A DNA stretch of 32,182 bases, from positions 1 through 32,182 of the forward strand of contig JBNKCR010000093.1 in the NCBI GenBank assembly GCA_050287845.1, given 5' to 3'. The notes under the pieces were generated by a model. It ran no database searches. It saw nothing but the letters and a program-made list of their open reading frames with translations, and was not told the DNA's origin. Source of the DNA: Polyangia bacterium. Lineage in GTDB: Bacteria > Myxococcota_A > Polyangia > JAAYKL01. Shown here one piece after another: positions 18,533 through 28,208 of this stretch; the first letter of the stretch is position 1; every line of letters begins with the position of its first letter. Both the position numbers and the translations under genes were made by a program.

Positions 18533-20752
18533 TCACGGCGCGTCGGGCAGATAACTCTGGATCGCGTCATACCAGACGTCGCCCATGACCACGTACCCCG
18601 CGTCATTCGGGTGGAGGTAATCGTTCATGAGCGCAGTCTTGTAGTCGGCATTCGCCCTGAATGGTGCATACATGTCAACCAGGATGACATGCTTGCCGCT
18701 TTCGGCACGACTCTGGACCACACCGGCGATCGCGTTGTTGTAGGGCTCTACAACGGACACATTCGTCCCGTCATCCATCCACGGCGTGATCCTGGCAACC
18801 ACCACCAGCGTGTTGGGCGCGTCATTGAATATTCTGTCGAGCAGCGCACCAAGCCGCGTGGGAGCGTTCGCGACGTCGATGTTCCTGTTCACGTCGTTGG
18901 TGCCGATCATCAGCAAAATGATCTGTGGATCATTTGTGGCAATCGACTGATCGACGAGCGGCGAAATGCCCGAAGTGGCGTCGCTGTCGTCGATGGTGTA
19001 CCCCGAATAGCCATCGTGGTTGCGCGGAAACGCCTCTCCGTCGAGCGTGTCGGGCCCGTTGGGATTGGCGTTGCCCACGAAGGTGAGTGCCTTGTGCGCC
19101 TGCACCGCGTTGTGAAACAGCTGCACCCGATATCCACCGCCCGGAGCCGAAGAACCGACGCCGTCGGTTATTGAGTCGCCCAGCGGCATGACTCGGCAAG
19201 GGGCGTCGCTCAATGGGCACGGATTAAACGCCCCCGGGTCGGTCGAGTCACCGGTATCCGTATCTGAATCACCAGAAGATTTGCCAATGCAGAAGCCGTC
19301 GGTACAGACACCGCTGCGGCAATCGTTGCCGGTTTGGCAGACGAGGTCTGTAGCGCAGCGACGACAAACGCCACCGCAATCCACATCCGTCTCATCACCG
19401 TCGACGGTACTGTTATCACACGTGTCGGGAAGCCACGCGGCGATGGTTGCAACCAGATAACCGTCGGTGCCGCTATCGTTGTCCAACGATTCCCAGTCGC
19501 CCCTCCCGCTCACTGCCCAGGCTGACCAACCAGCCCAGATGCCGTCCGGCTGTCCAAGCCGGTTGGCGTACAGATGTTCGATGAGGTTGTTCAGGGCTGT
19601 TCGGCAGGCATCGGAGTCCTCGGCGCTGGTTTCTCCCAGAAATACGCGTTTGTTGTTGTCGCGGGCCCATTCTTCAAGGGGCGCGATGAGTTCCGTGAAA
19701 ATGTCCGGGTTGGTGTTACACTCCGGTGCCTGATCGTATTGATGAACCTGGATGAGGAAGTTATCAATTGGATCGACGATGTCCTGCACGTAAAGACGGT
19801 TGTCAGACCACGAAAAATCGGCGGCGGTGTCCCAGTCGGCACCGGGGACCATGATCACATTCTTCGCTCCTACGGCGCGGATGGCATTCATCGCGGCCTG
19901 CGCCGCGTCAACCCACACCTGCACATCAATATCGTACGGTTCGTTCATGATGTCGAACCAAACGGGGCTCGTGGTGCTCTCTTCGCCAAACTCCTCCGCG
20001 AGTTTCGTCCAGAGGTCCACAAACGCGGACTCGGGAACTTCTGTTGAGCCGATAAGCTGTGCTTCGTCGGCATCTGGGGCGGCAGCATCCTTGAAGCGCG
20101 CGTAGTTGTGAATATCAATCGCCACTGTAGCACCCCGACTCCGTAAGGCATCCACATTGTCGTGAAGCTTCGCCAGGTATCCGGTGTCGAGGTCACCATT
20201 CAACGTCGGCTGAATGCGCTCCCAGCGGATAGGCAGGCGGAAAAAGTTCATGCCGAGATCAAGGAAAATATCCACTTCGTCCATCTCATCGTTGGTGTCC
20301 GGATTCGGCCACGCGTACTGACCTCCCTCGACGCCGGGAGTGGCGTCCCCCCAGTCTTCCGAACCGTCGTAGTCAATTCCGTGTTCAGCGCCCGAAAGAT
20401 TGACCCCCTGGTAAAAAATCGCAAACGGACCGCCGTTCAAATCCGTATCGGAATCGGTGTCGGTGTCTGTATCAGTATCTGTGTCTGTGTCTGTATCCGC
20501 ATCCGTATCGGTATCCGTATCGGTATCCGTATCGGTATCCGTATCCGCATCCGTATCGGTATCCGTATCGGTATCCGTATCGGTATCGCTGTCGGCATCA
20601 CTATCACTATCCGTATCGGTGTCACTGTCTGTATCCGTATCGCCGTCCGCGTCAGCATCGGTGGTCAAATCACTCGACGACGAATCTTCGGTACATCCGT
20701 AGCCGGCCAGAACAGCTATTGAGAGCAACATTAAGAATAAATACCTGGACAT
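18533..20752 (-). CDS. Lipoprotein: Asp-repeat stalk + GH5 (GH5_5-like endoglucanase) + Cys-rich module + SGNH/GDSL esterase
   Basis: GGAGG RBS before ATG 20752 (or 20755). GVNLSGAE, FRLPIRWERIQP, DIHNY, MNEP, HQY, LGE, then ETDVDCGG, then MPLGDSIT, IGTND, DYLHPN. Confidence 0.93.
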   Translation of the reverse strand: MSRYLFLMLLSIAVLAGYGCTEDSSSSDLTTDADADGDTDTDSDTDTDSDSDADSDTDTDTDTDTDTDADTDTDTDTDTDTDTDADTDTDTDTDTDTDTDSDTDLNGGPFAIFYQGVNLSGAEHGIDYDGSEDWGDATPGVEGGQYAWPNPDTNDEMDEVDIFLDLGMNFFRLPIRWERIQPTLNGDLDTGYLAKLHDNVDALRSRGATVAIDIHNYARFKDAAAPDADEAQLIGSTEVPESAFVDLWTKLAEEFGEESTTSPVWFDIMNEPYDIDVQVWVDAAQAAMNAIRAVGAKNVIMVPGADWDTAADFSWSDNRLYVQDIVDPIDNFLIQVHQYDQAPECNTNPDIFTELIAPLEEWARDNNKRVFLGETSAEDSDACRTALNNLIEHLYANRLGQPDGIWAGWSAWAVSGRGDWESLDNDSGTDGYLVATIAAWLPDTCDNSTVDGDETDVDCGGVCRRCATDLVCQTGNDCRSGVCTDGFCIGKSSGDSDTDTGDSTDPGAFNPCPLSDAPCRVMPLGDSITDGVGSSAPGGGYRVQLFHNAVQAHKALTFVGNANPNGPDTLDGEAFPRNHDGYSGYTIDDSDATSGISPLVDQSIATNDPQIILLMIGTNDVNRNIDVANAPTRLGALLDRIFNDAPNTLVVVARITPWMDDGTNVSVVEPYNNAIAGVVQSRAESGKHVILVDMYAPFRANADYKTALMNDYLHPNDAGYVVMGDVWYDAIQSYLPDAP
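20443..20660 (-). repeat. Asp-X repeat stalk in GH5-SGNH
   Basis: Seen directly. Confidence 0.95.
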
Positions 20753-20783
20753 CATTACCTCCATTGGTGTGGGTGTCAGCAAC

Positions 20784-20811
20784 AATGGAATGGAGACGAA
20801 AAAAACTTTCA
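20784..20811 (-). promoter_or_regulatory. Conserved leader motif TGAAAG-N16-TCCATT (copy 1), candidate alternative-sigma promoter
   Basis: Same motif and spacing as at 22388-22415 and 26819-26846. Confidence 0.4.
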
Positions 20812-20921
20812 AAAAAAAACAGGAATTCAACAGCCCACCGGCCGAAGCTCAATGTCAAGGGCTCAATCGGAGACGGGGGCTTCGGAGATTTTTCTCTTCC
20901 AGGGGGATGCATGGAGAATAC

Positions 20922-22352
20922 TCAGTTGGGTTCGGTAACCACGTAGTCATCACCACTGGTGGCACGCAGCATCGCTGCCATGATGTCGGGAGTTCGCCAC
21001 TCAAGAGTACTACGGTCAAACTCTTCGCCATTGTCCCAAAAATAAGTCGCTATCCCCATGTCGTAGGCCAGTTTGGTTGCCATTTCAATCCAGTAAATGC
21101 GATCTGCCCAATCCCTGTCTGGATGTACGCCGTATTCGCCCACAATCACCGGCACCCCGTTGTCAATAAATGTGCTTTTCAATAAATTGAACTTGTCTTC
21201 CATCTCCAGAACTTCAGCGCTGTTTCCCCAGGTATCCACACTGCTGGAATCGGAATCAGGAAGGATGCAAAACTGCCAGGGGGTGTAGTAGTGAACAGAC
21301 AGAATGCTGCGACCGGCACTGTCTGTGGGCATTTGAGTTACTCTGCTGGACATCGCGAAATCCGTCCAATACCCTGAAATCAGCAGGTGCCGGGTCGGAT
21401 TGTTTCCGCTTCCGGAACGAATCAAATCGGTAAATGCCTGATTCATTCGATTTTGCAACGCACCGCCGTCTGTTTCTCCAAGGTCGTCAAATCCTACCTC
21501 ATTCATGGATTCAAAAATCAACCGATGATTGTAGTCCTGAAAATACGCTGCTATTTGCGCCCACACCGCAATGAATTTATTGGTCACCCCGGACTCATCA
21601 TTTTGTGCATCGACAATCCAATCTCCGTCGTGATGCAGATTAATAATCGCATACAAATTATTGTTGATGGCATAATCCACCACTTCTTTCGCCCGGGCCA
21701 GGGCGCTGGAATCAATAGTGTAGTCCGGTGAGCCGCCAATGCATTCCGACCAGGTGATTGGAATGCGAATGGAGCGAATGCCGTCTTCTTTCAGTGCCAG
21801 CAAAAGAGCCTCGGTGATAGTAGGATTTCCCCACGCGCCTTCATCCAGACTTTTGCAACCTCCGCCGGCGTTCAATGCATCCAGAGAGTTTCCCAGATTC
21901 CAACCGGGCGCCATATCGGCCACGATTTCTGCGGATGTCATAGACGCGACATCACTGTCGGTGTCCGTATCGGTGTCACTGTCAGTATCGGTATCACTGT
22001 CTGCATCGGTGTCGGCGTCACTATCTGTGTCGGTGTCGGTGTCACTGTCCGTATCCGAATCAGCGTCCGTATCTGCATCACTGTCTGTATCAGAATCGGT
22101 ATCACTGTCCGTATCGCTGTCGGTGTCACTGTCCGTATCGGTGTCACTGTCCGTGTCGGTGTCACTGTCCGTATCCGAATCAGCGTCCGTATCTGCATCA
22201 CTGTCTGTATCGGAATCGGTATCGCTGTCCGTATCGGCATCACTGTCCGCGTCAGCATCAGTGGTTAAATCACTCGACGACGAATCTTCGGTGCATCCGC
22301 AGTTGGCCCAAACAGTTGTTAAGAGAAATATTATTAATAGATACTTGTGCAT
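20922..22352 (-). CDS. Lipoprotein GH5 (GH5_4-like endoglucanase/xyloglucanase) with Asp-repeat stalk
   Basis: [45 protein letters not shown]. Confidence 0.94.
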   Translation of the reverse strand: MHKYLLIIFLLTTVWANCGCTEDSSSSDLTTDADADSDADTDSDTDSDTDSDADTDADSDTDSDTDTDSDTDTDSDTDSDTDSDTDSDTDSDADTDADSDTDSDTDTDTDSDADTDADSDTDTDSDTDTDTDSDVASMTSAEIVADMAPGWNLGNSLDALNAGGGCKSLDEGAWGNPTITEALLLALKEDGIRSIRIPITWSECIGGSPDYTIDSSALARAKEVVDYAINNNLYAIINLHHDGDWIVDAQNDESGVTNKFIAVWAQIAAYFQDYNHRLIFESMNEVGFDDLGETDGGALQNRMNQAFTDLIRSGSGNNPTRHLLISGYWTDFAMSSRVTQMPTDSAGRSILSVHYYTPWQFCILPDSDSSSVDTWGNSAEVLEMEDKFNLLKSTFIDNGVPVIVGEYGVHPDRDWADRIYWIEMATKLAYDMGIATYFWDNGEEFDRSTLEWRTPDIMAAMLRATSGDDYVVTEPN

Positions 22353-22660
22353 TATTACCTACCTCCATTGGGGTGAGTTTCAACAGCAATGGCACGGAGA
22401 CAACAAAAACTTTCAAGAAAATCAGAAAATCAGCAGCCTACCGGAGCGACGCTCAAAACAACATCGTCCACAAACAATTCCACATCACCCGACTCCGGAT
22501 ACGAGTACAATATCCCAAAGCGCATGATTGAAATTCCGCCATCCGGCAATGAATTCACGGCATCGCCGGTCGACAGCACCGAAACCCCGTCAATCCACAC
22601 CTCCGCACCCCCGGTGGTGCTTGAAATATCGATGCGCGCCAACAGGCAAAACCACTCGCC
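21951..22660 (-). repeat. Left arm of inverted duplication (3' end of the 22430-23239 gene + leader + signal + stalk)
   Basis: Its reverse complement aligns to 26583-27305. About 20 differences in the first ~228 nt by hand count. Confidence 0.93.
22388..22415 (-). promoter_or_regulatory. Conserved leader motif TGAAAG-N16-GCCATT (copy 2)
   Basis: Seen directly, just upstream of the CCAATGGAGG RBS block. Confidence 0.4.
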
Positions 22661-23239
22661 CACCGGAATAATCCCCCGCTCCGAAAAATTGGCGGCTTCA
22701 TCCGCGAAGAAATATGTACCTACGGCGAACCAGGCATCCAGATTAATGTCGAGCACATTGTTCCAATCACCGTCGCGCAACTCCATAACGTTGACGGACT
22801 GGTCTGCGGGGGGTGTCGAGACAAAATAATAGGCACGGTAGTACAAACTTCCCGATGAAATCGGCGTAAAGTCGATTTCAAACCCAGCCGAAATTTGCGT
22901 GCCGTCAACGGCTACCCGCATTGCATTCGCACCGTCGTTTACTGTGTTGGTATCCACCGACACATCTCCGTGGGCATCAATCTGCGCAGGTAACCCGTCT
23001 TCGAACCCGCTCTCAAACAGCACAAAAGTGTCAATGGCCGCAGCGTGAGAATCGGAATCCGAATCTGAATCCAAATCTGAATCCGAATCTGAATCCGAAT
23101 CTGAACTCGCACCCGCGTCGCTGGTGGTGTCGTCTTCCATCAACACAGCATCACTCCCACCTGACTCAAAAACAAATGAATTGTTGCAGCCCAGGCTGAA
23201 CACCGACAATAACAAGCCGATCAGACGCAACCAGTTCAT
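22430..23239 (-). CDS. Lipoprotein with DS repeat and a probable beta-sandwich (LamG/polysaccharide lyase-like) domain
   Basis: Lipobox SLGC, FESGFEDG, LYYRAYYF, PVGEWFCL, EVWIDG, LFVDDVVLS. ATGA overlap with the anti-sigma gene. Confidence 0.75.
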   Translation of the reverse strand: MNWLRLIGLLLSVFSLGCNNSFVFESGGSDAVLMEDDTTSDAGASSDSDSDSDSDLDSDSDSDSHAAAIDTFVLFESGFEDGLPAQIDAHGDVSVDTNTVNDGANAMRVAVDGTQISAGFEIDFTPISSGSLYYRAYYFVSTPPADQSVNVMELRDGDWNNVLDINLDAWFAVGTYFFADEAANFSERGIIPVGEWFCLLARIDISSTTGGAEVWIDGVSVLSTGDAVNSLPDGGISIMRFGILYSYPESGDVELFVDDVVLSVAPVGC

Positions 23240-24699
23240 GGTGCATCCACCAGTAATTGTTTTGCTTTATCCGCAGCCTGAGTTCCCGGATACGAAGCGA
23301 CAATCGATTCGAGGGTCTGTCGATATGCCACGAGACGACCCAGTTGTTTGAGGGACCGGGCCAGTCGCAGCCGTGCTTCCAACGTATTGGGTCTGGCGTC
23401 CTTCGGCGCGTCCAGGTACGATTCGAGGTGTTCAACCGCACGCTCATGCGCCCCTAATTTTTCCTGGTAAATCACGCTGAGTGTGTAACGGGCACGATTC
23501 TGCGACACTACACCGCCCACTGTTGCCAATCGTTCGTACTCCGTTGCCGCTTGCTTGTACTTGCCTTGTTTACGGTAACATGTCGCCAGCAAATTCAGTG
23601 AAGACGGTTCATCCTGAATGGCCTTCAACCGGCGTGTGAGCGCACGTTCTGCCTTTACGAATTGCTTACTCAATATCCATTGCTCAATATCCCCGAGCGA
23701 GTGCTGCTCAAATGCCTTTGGGGAATGGACCGATGCCGTCGAATCGGAACGGTCAACGTCTTCCAATGTGTTCTCCGCCGCCGTTTCCTCGCTAGCCGCA
23801 TCGGGTGAGGATGGAATCGTCGCTTCCGGATAAAGAAGCCGTTGAACGCGCTCGGTAGTATCTCTGGCAATCTCCTCGTTTTCCGCCGTTCGGTTATCTG
23901 ATACCACCAGCTGTTCGTCAGCGTTCACGACCCACGTAGGTCCCTCATCGGCAGTGACCGACACGTGACCGCGCAACACTCCGATCACCATGTAACCATC
24001 GTCTTGAATTTCTACCCAGAACAGGGTGCCCGTAACACGGATGGTTAAAAATCTCGCGCGAATAACAAGCGACTCTCGATTCGGTATCCTCGGGAGTTCC
24101 GCTGCAACAATGCCTGATTCCAACTCAAATTGATTCAGGCGGTCGTTTGAGGTAGTGACGGCAAGTTTCGAGGTAGCGTCCAAACCGAGCAAAGAGTGTT
24201 GAAATCGAACCACTTTCCCTTCTTTCGAAGCCTGGATTCGTTCGCCTCCTACAACAGACCGCACCTGATTCGCTGTTTCAGGGAATATCTGGTGGTAAGT
24301 GATTGAAGAAGCCACCTTCGACGTTTTTACCGCATTCAATGGCACATCTTTCAATGGCACATCTTTCAATAATACATCTTTTGATGGAAGAAAAATGAAC
24401 ACCGCAACCACCGCTGCGGCAAGAACGGCCCCTGCAAGCGCGAACCGAAAGCGAAGTTGCCGATAGAACGGCTCCGTCGCGGCTGTTTCAGCGGCTGTTT
24501 TTAGTCTTGCCATCGCCTGTTCTGATGGATCCGGCGAACGCTCAGCGAAATAGGCGCTGAGATGGCCGCTCGACTGCTCCCACTGCGCTATCGCATCACG
24601 ACAATCCGCGCATTCGTTCAAATGAGAATTGAATCGTACGCGCTGTTCGCTGTTGAGTCGGTTTTCGAGGGCCGTATCTCGTAATTCACAATGACTCAT
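23236..24699 (-). CDS. Anti-sigma factor: zf-HC2 + TM + FecR + TPR
   Basis: Start moved to ATG 24699 (ATGA overlap with the sigma stop). HLNECADC, one TM, IRVTGTLFWV, GVLRGHVSV, C-terminal TPR-like helices ending YPGTQAA. Confidence 0.9.
   Translation of the reverse strand: MSHCELRDTALENRLNSEQRVRFNSHLNECADCRDAIAQWEQSSGHLSAYFAERSPDPSEQAMARLKTAAETAATEPFYRQLRFRFALAGAVLAAAVVAVFIFLPSKDVLLKDVPLKDVPLNAVKTSKVASSITYHQIFPETANQVRSVVGGERIQASKEGKVVRFQHSLLGLDATSKLAVTTSNDRLNQFELESGIVAAELPRIPNRESLVIRARFLTIRVTGTLFWVEIQDDGYMVIGVLRGHVSVTADEGPTWVVNADEQLVVSDNRTAENEEIARDTTERVQRLLYPEATIPSSPDAASEETAAENTLEDVDRSDSTASVHSPKAFEQHSLGDIEQWILSKQFVKAERALTRRLKAIQDEPSSLNLLATCYRKQGKYKQAATEYERLATVGGVVSQNRARYTLSVIYQEKLGAHERAVEHLESYLDAPKDARPNTLEARLRLARSLKQLGRLVAYRQTLESIVASYPGTQAADKAKQLLVDAP
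24335..24379. repeat. In-frame 15-bp tandem triplication (KDVLL-KDVPL-KDVPL)
   Basis: TTCAATGGCACATCT x2 plus TTCAATAATACATCT. Confidence 0.85.
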
Positions 24700-25283
24700 G
24701 AGGTACCTCCGTTGGCATCCACCCCATGCAGGCGTTGATTCACAGTGGTGCGGGCCCGCCGGAGGTGGGTCCATACCGTGTTAATGTTCATGCCGAGTAC
24801 TTCGGCAATTTCCTGCCCCTTCAAGCCATCTTGCTCAAAAAGAACCAGTACCTGGCGCTGCGCCATCGGCAGTTCCGCCAGCACCTGTCCCAAATCCAAA
24901 TGCACCATGGCATGTACATCCGGCGAAGTCTGCACGGTGCCGGAAACGGCCAATGATTGCGCCTTGAACACCCCGAGCAAACGGTCGCGGATAGCCCATT
25001 TCCGAATATGCCCTCTTGTCGTACGAACCGCATAGCTGTATATCCAGGCGCGCAACTTCCCCTCTTCCCGATATTTCGACGCACCTTTACGCATTTCCAG
25101 GAATGTGTCCTGGCACAAATCCTCCACCTCGGAGCGATCCAGCGTGGGCGCAGTGCTCAGTATCGCATGATCCACAAACCGACCATACTTCTGATATAGT
25201 CTTCCAAATGCAGACATATCACCCTGTTTCACCAACGCCATGAGTTGGGCATCGGAATCACCTTCCATATTCACAGATGGCAT
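24696..25283 (-). CDS. ECF RNA polymerase sigma-70 factor
   Basis: GDMSAFGRLY, VEDLCQDTF, LRAWIY, EIAEVLGMNINTVWTHLRRAR. Confidence 0.94.
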   Translation of the reverse strand: MPSVNMEGDSDAQLMALVKQGDMSAFGRLYQKYGRFVDHAILSTAPTLDRSEVEDLCQDTFLEMRKGASKYREEGKLRAWIYSYAVRTTRGHIRKWAIRDRLLGVFKAQSLAVSGTVQTSPDVHAMVHLDLGQVLAELPMAQRQVLVLFEQDGLKGQEIAEVLGMNINTVWTHLRRARTTVNQRLHGVDANGGTS

Positions 25284-25300
25284 GACGTCCGCATTTCCTT

Positions 25301-26380
25301 TCAGAAAAAAACCAAATCTACAGAAACCAACCAGCCCAGTGCCGAATTTCGGTATATCAAACGGTCTTCGGCGGCTGCACTAATCTCTGTTCTGTATGAC
25401 GACATGACGACCCCGAATCCAAGCATCGTGGTCACTTGGGATACCGGAATCGTCAGATTCAAGCGTAATACTGCATCCGCTTTAGGGTAGCGATAGGACC
25501 GGGAAATGCCGTCCTCTTTGACCCGAATCGACTGCATGCCCCCCATAATGCCAAACGAAGGCCCCATCCGAAACCCCGAGTCTATCACGTACAGCTCAAT
25601 CCTGGCTTCGCCGAACAATTCCCAACCGTCTATAGTATACGTTCGTTCTTTTCCAAATGGACCGTATCCGCCTCCTCCCCCGAGCTTAAAGCTCCAATTG
25701 GGTGCAAAATCAAACGATGCGCCGCTACTGCCGGACAACCGGGGAGATGGGCCCCTGTTTCCGACAAGCGCGCCCTGTCCCATTGCAGACACGTACCAAT
25801 GAGAAATGACTCGGTGAGGTTGCGCCTGGGGAATAGCATCGTCACTGTTGTCCGGCTCCGGGCAAATTGCCGGTGGTTCGTCGCGTTGTGTCAATTCCAG
25901 CAGGTATGTCGATTCAATCAGCGCGGCCACCGTCTTGGCCAATTCCCTTGCCGCATCGTCACTCTGGTGCTGGCGAAACAGGCGAATAATCACGCGATCC
26001 TGTTCCATGGTCGCCACATAAAGTGTGGGCACATCCCGGTTGGCCCAGGTCAGCCACATGGCGCCGACAGTGGACTTTTGTTGAAGCAACGGATGCAGGT
26101 GCTCCACGATCAAATGCAATGGCATTTCTTTCAGTCCGAGGCTGTCCGCAGTGGCTTCTTTGATGACATAATTGTCTAGATTCAGCTTCAGCGTGGTCAC
26201 AAAAGTCCGCTCCGCGGCAAGGTGCTGCTCAATTTCAGCCAACGAAATAAAAACCACCTTCGGCTCAATTTCATCACCCGCTGCAACTGACCCGCACCGA
26301 AACAGAATCGTGCCAAGCATGCACGAAAGTAAACCAAGCACAAAATTGTCAAACGCCGTGCGGTGACTGTTGTGAAACAT
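25301..26380 (-). CDS. Exported protein with probable C-terminal outer-membrane beta-barrel
   Basis: Hydrophobic signal after ATG 26380 (start uncertain; ORF open to 26482), Pro-rich linker, Gly-rich amphipathic strands, terminal VSVDLVFF. First gene of the ECF operon. Confidence 0.65.
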   Translation of the reverse strand: MFHNSHRTAFDNFVLGLLSCMLGTILFRCGSVAAGDEIEPKVVFISLAEIEQHLAAERTFVTTLKLNLDNYVIKEATADSLGLKEMPLHLIVEHLHPLLQQKSTVGAMWLTWANRDVPTLYVATMEQDRVIIRLFRQHQSDDAARELAKTVAALIESTYLLELTQRDEPPAICPEPDNSDDAIPQAQPHRVISHWYVSAMGQGALVGNRGPSPRLSGSSGASFDFAPNWSFKLGGGGGYGPFGKERTYTIDGWELFGEARIELYVIDSGFRMGPSFGIMGGMQSIRVKEDGISRSYRYPKADAVLRLNLTIPVSQVTTMLGFGVVMSSYRTEISAAAEDRLIYRNSALGWLVSVDLVFF

Positions 26381-26582
26381 TGGCGTTACATAGCAAAAAG
26401 AACTGTAACTGTCAGGCCTTTTTCTATGGATCGGGTCCTCCTTCAACTTGCCCCTCATTTCGTACATGGTGAAGCTGGACAATCATCCCCGGTTAGCCCC
26501 ATTGCCGATCAGTTAAGCTGCTAAGTATTTGAATCAGAAGGAAAAATAGCATTGTGACTTGAACTCAAGAGTTGTTCCTTCT

Positions 26583-26812
26583 GGCGATGGGTTTTACCTG
26601 TTGGCGCGCATCGATATTTCAAGTACAACCGGGAGTGCGGAGGTGTGGATAAAGGCGTTTCGGTGCTGTCGACCAGCGATGCCGTGAATTCATTGCCGGA
26701 TGGAAGAATTTCAATCCTGCGCTTTGGGATATTGTACTCTTACCCGGAGTCGGGTGATGTGGAATCATTTATGGACGATGTTGTTTTGAGCGTCGCTCCG
26801 GTAAGCTGCGGA
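26583..26812 (+). pseudogene. Frameshifted copy of the 3' end of the 22430-23239 lipoprotein gene
   Basis: Encodes LLARIDISST...DDVVLSVAPV with a 1-nt deletion near 26650, a lost stop codon and no start. Confidence 0.88.
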
Positions 26813-26818
26813 TTTTCT

Positions 26819-26846
26819 TGAAAGTTTTTATTGTCTCCGTGCCATT
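26819..26846 (+). promoter_or_regulatory. Conserved leader motif TGAAAG-N16-GCCATT (copy 3)
   Basis: Seen directly. Confidence 0.4.
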
Positions 26847-26881
26847 ACTGTTGAAACCCACGCCAATGGAGGTAGGTAATA

Positions 26882-28021
26882 ATGCACAAATATTTATTAA
26901 TGATATTTCTCTTAACAGCTGTTTGGGCCAACTGCGGATGTACCGAAGATTCGTCGTCGAGTGATTTGACCACTGATGCTGGAGCAGACAGTGATGCCGA
27001 TACGGACAGTGACACCGATACGGACAGTGACACCGACACGGACAGTGACACCGATACGGACAGTGACACCGACACGGACAGTGACACCGACACGGACAGT
27101 GACACCGACACGGACAGTGACACCGATACAGACAGTGACACCGATTCTGATACAGACAGTGATGCGGATACGGACGCTGATTCGGATACGGACAGTGATA
27201 CCGATTCTGATACAGACAGTGATGCAGATACAGACGCTGATTCGGATACAGACAGCGACACCGACACGGATAGTGACACCAACAGCGATACGGACAGTGA
27301 TACAGAAACCGCCAATAATATTGAAGAGTTTGTCTGTCCGGATCATGCAATTGCAGCATTGACCCATGATGATGGTCTTGATTCACAGCTGGCAAATGCT
27401 GTACCTGCACTTGATGAATTTGAGTTTAAAGGAACGTTTTTTCTTAATCGAATAAATAATGGTGATGCCTGGAAGGCTGTGTCTGCAAGTGGACATGAGT
27501 TAGGTGCACATACTCTGAATCATCCCTGTACCAGTGTTGGCAATACGTGGATAACAGCGGGTAATGCCAGTGAAGATTACGATCTGACAAGAATGGCCAC
27601 TGAGCTTGATGAAAATATTGCAGATATAACTGAACTTGGTCAGACTGACCCATATTCTTTTGCTTATCCCTGTGGAACAACCTGGGTTGGAGAAGAGCAT
27701 ACAAGCTATATTCCACTTATTACTGAAAAGTTTGTGGCAGCTAGAGGCGTTTCCGGTTCAATTATTACTCAATTGACTGACTCAACCAACGTGCCGGCAT
27801 ATTTTTTAACAGGTCCAGGTTCAACATTGACGGATATAGTAGATGACGCAATTACTCAGAACGGTCTTGTCGTATTTGGTTTTCATGATGTTGGTACAGG
27901 AAATAATGGTCCTGTTGCAATTGAAGTTTACAAAGAACTTCTTGCGCATCTCGATGCGAACAGAGATAGTGTAACTGTACTCCCCTTTGGTCAGGCAGTT
28001 CAGTGTATACTCACCCGCTAA
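26882..28021 (+). CDS. Lipoprotein polysaccharide deacetylase (CE4/NodB) with Asp-repeat stalk
   Basis: [37 protein letters not shown]. Confidence 0.93.
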   Translation: MHKYLLMIFLLTAVWANCGCTEDSSSSDLTTDAGADSDADTDSDTDTDSDTDTDSDTDTDSDTDTDSDTDTDSDTDTDSDTDTDSDTDSDTDSDADTDADSDTDSDTDSDTDSDADTDADSDTDSDTDTDSDTNSDTDSDTETANNIEEFVCPDHAIAALTHDDGLDSQLANAVPALDEFEFKGTFFLNRINNGDAWKAVSASGHELGAHTLNHPCTSVGNTWITAGNASEDYDLTRMATELDENIADITELGQTDPYSFAYPCGTTWVGEEHTSYIPLITEKFVAARGVSGSIITQLTDSTNVPAYFLTGPGSTLTDIVDDAITQNGLVVFGFHDVGTGNNGPVAIEVYKELLAHLDANRDSVTVLPFGQAVQCILTR

Positions 28022-28208
28022 ATTCTAAAATCATCAATAAATGTATCCGTTCGGTGAAACCGTCACTCCTGTCGCGGTCATAAAATCGCGATTATCCGGG
28101 ATAACAAGAACTGTCCCGCTGACCTCGTTGGACCTGAATTTTAGGAGAGGATGAAAATGACACGCTGGAAATCAGACTTAAGATGTATGCAAAGGACTTT
28201 TTACCAAC

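Larger units (their letters stand above)
26583..27305 (+). repeat. Right arm of inverted duplication
   Basis: Matches the reverse complement of 21951-22660. Homology ends at the end of the Asp repeat. Confidence 0.93.

Noticed and set aside
26986..27305. Regular 18-bp units resembling a CRISPR array
   Set aside because: There are no unique spacers, the units are an in-frame coding repeat, and no cas genes are present.
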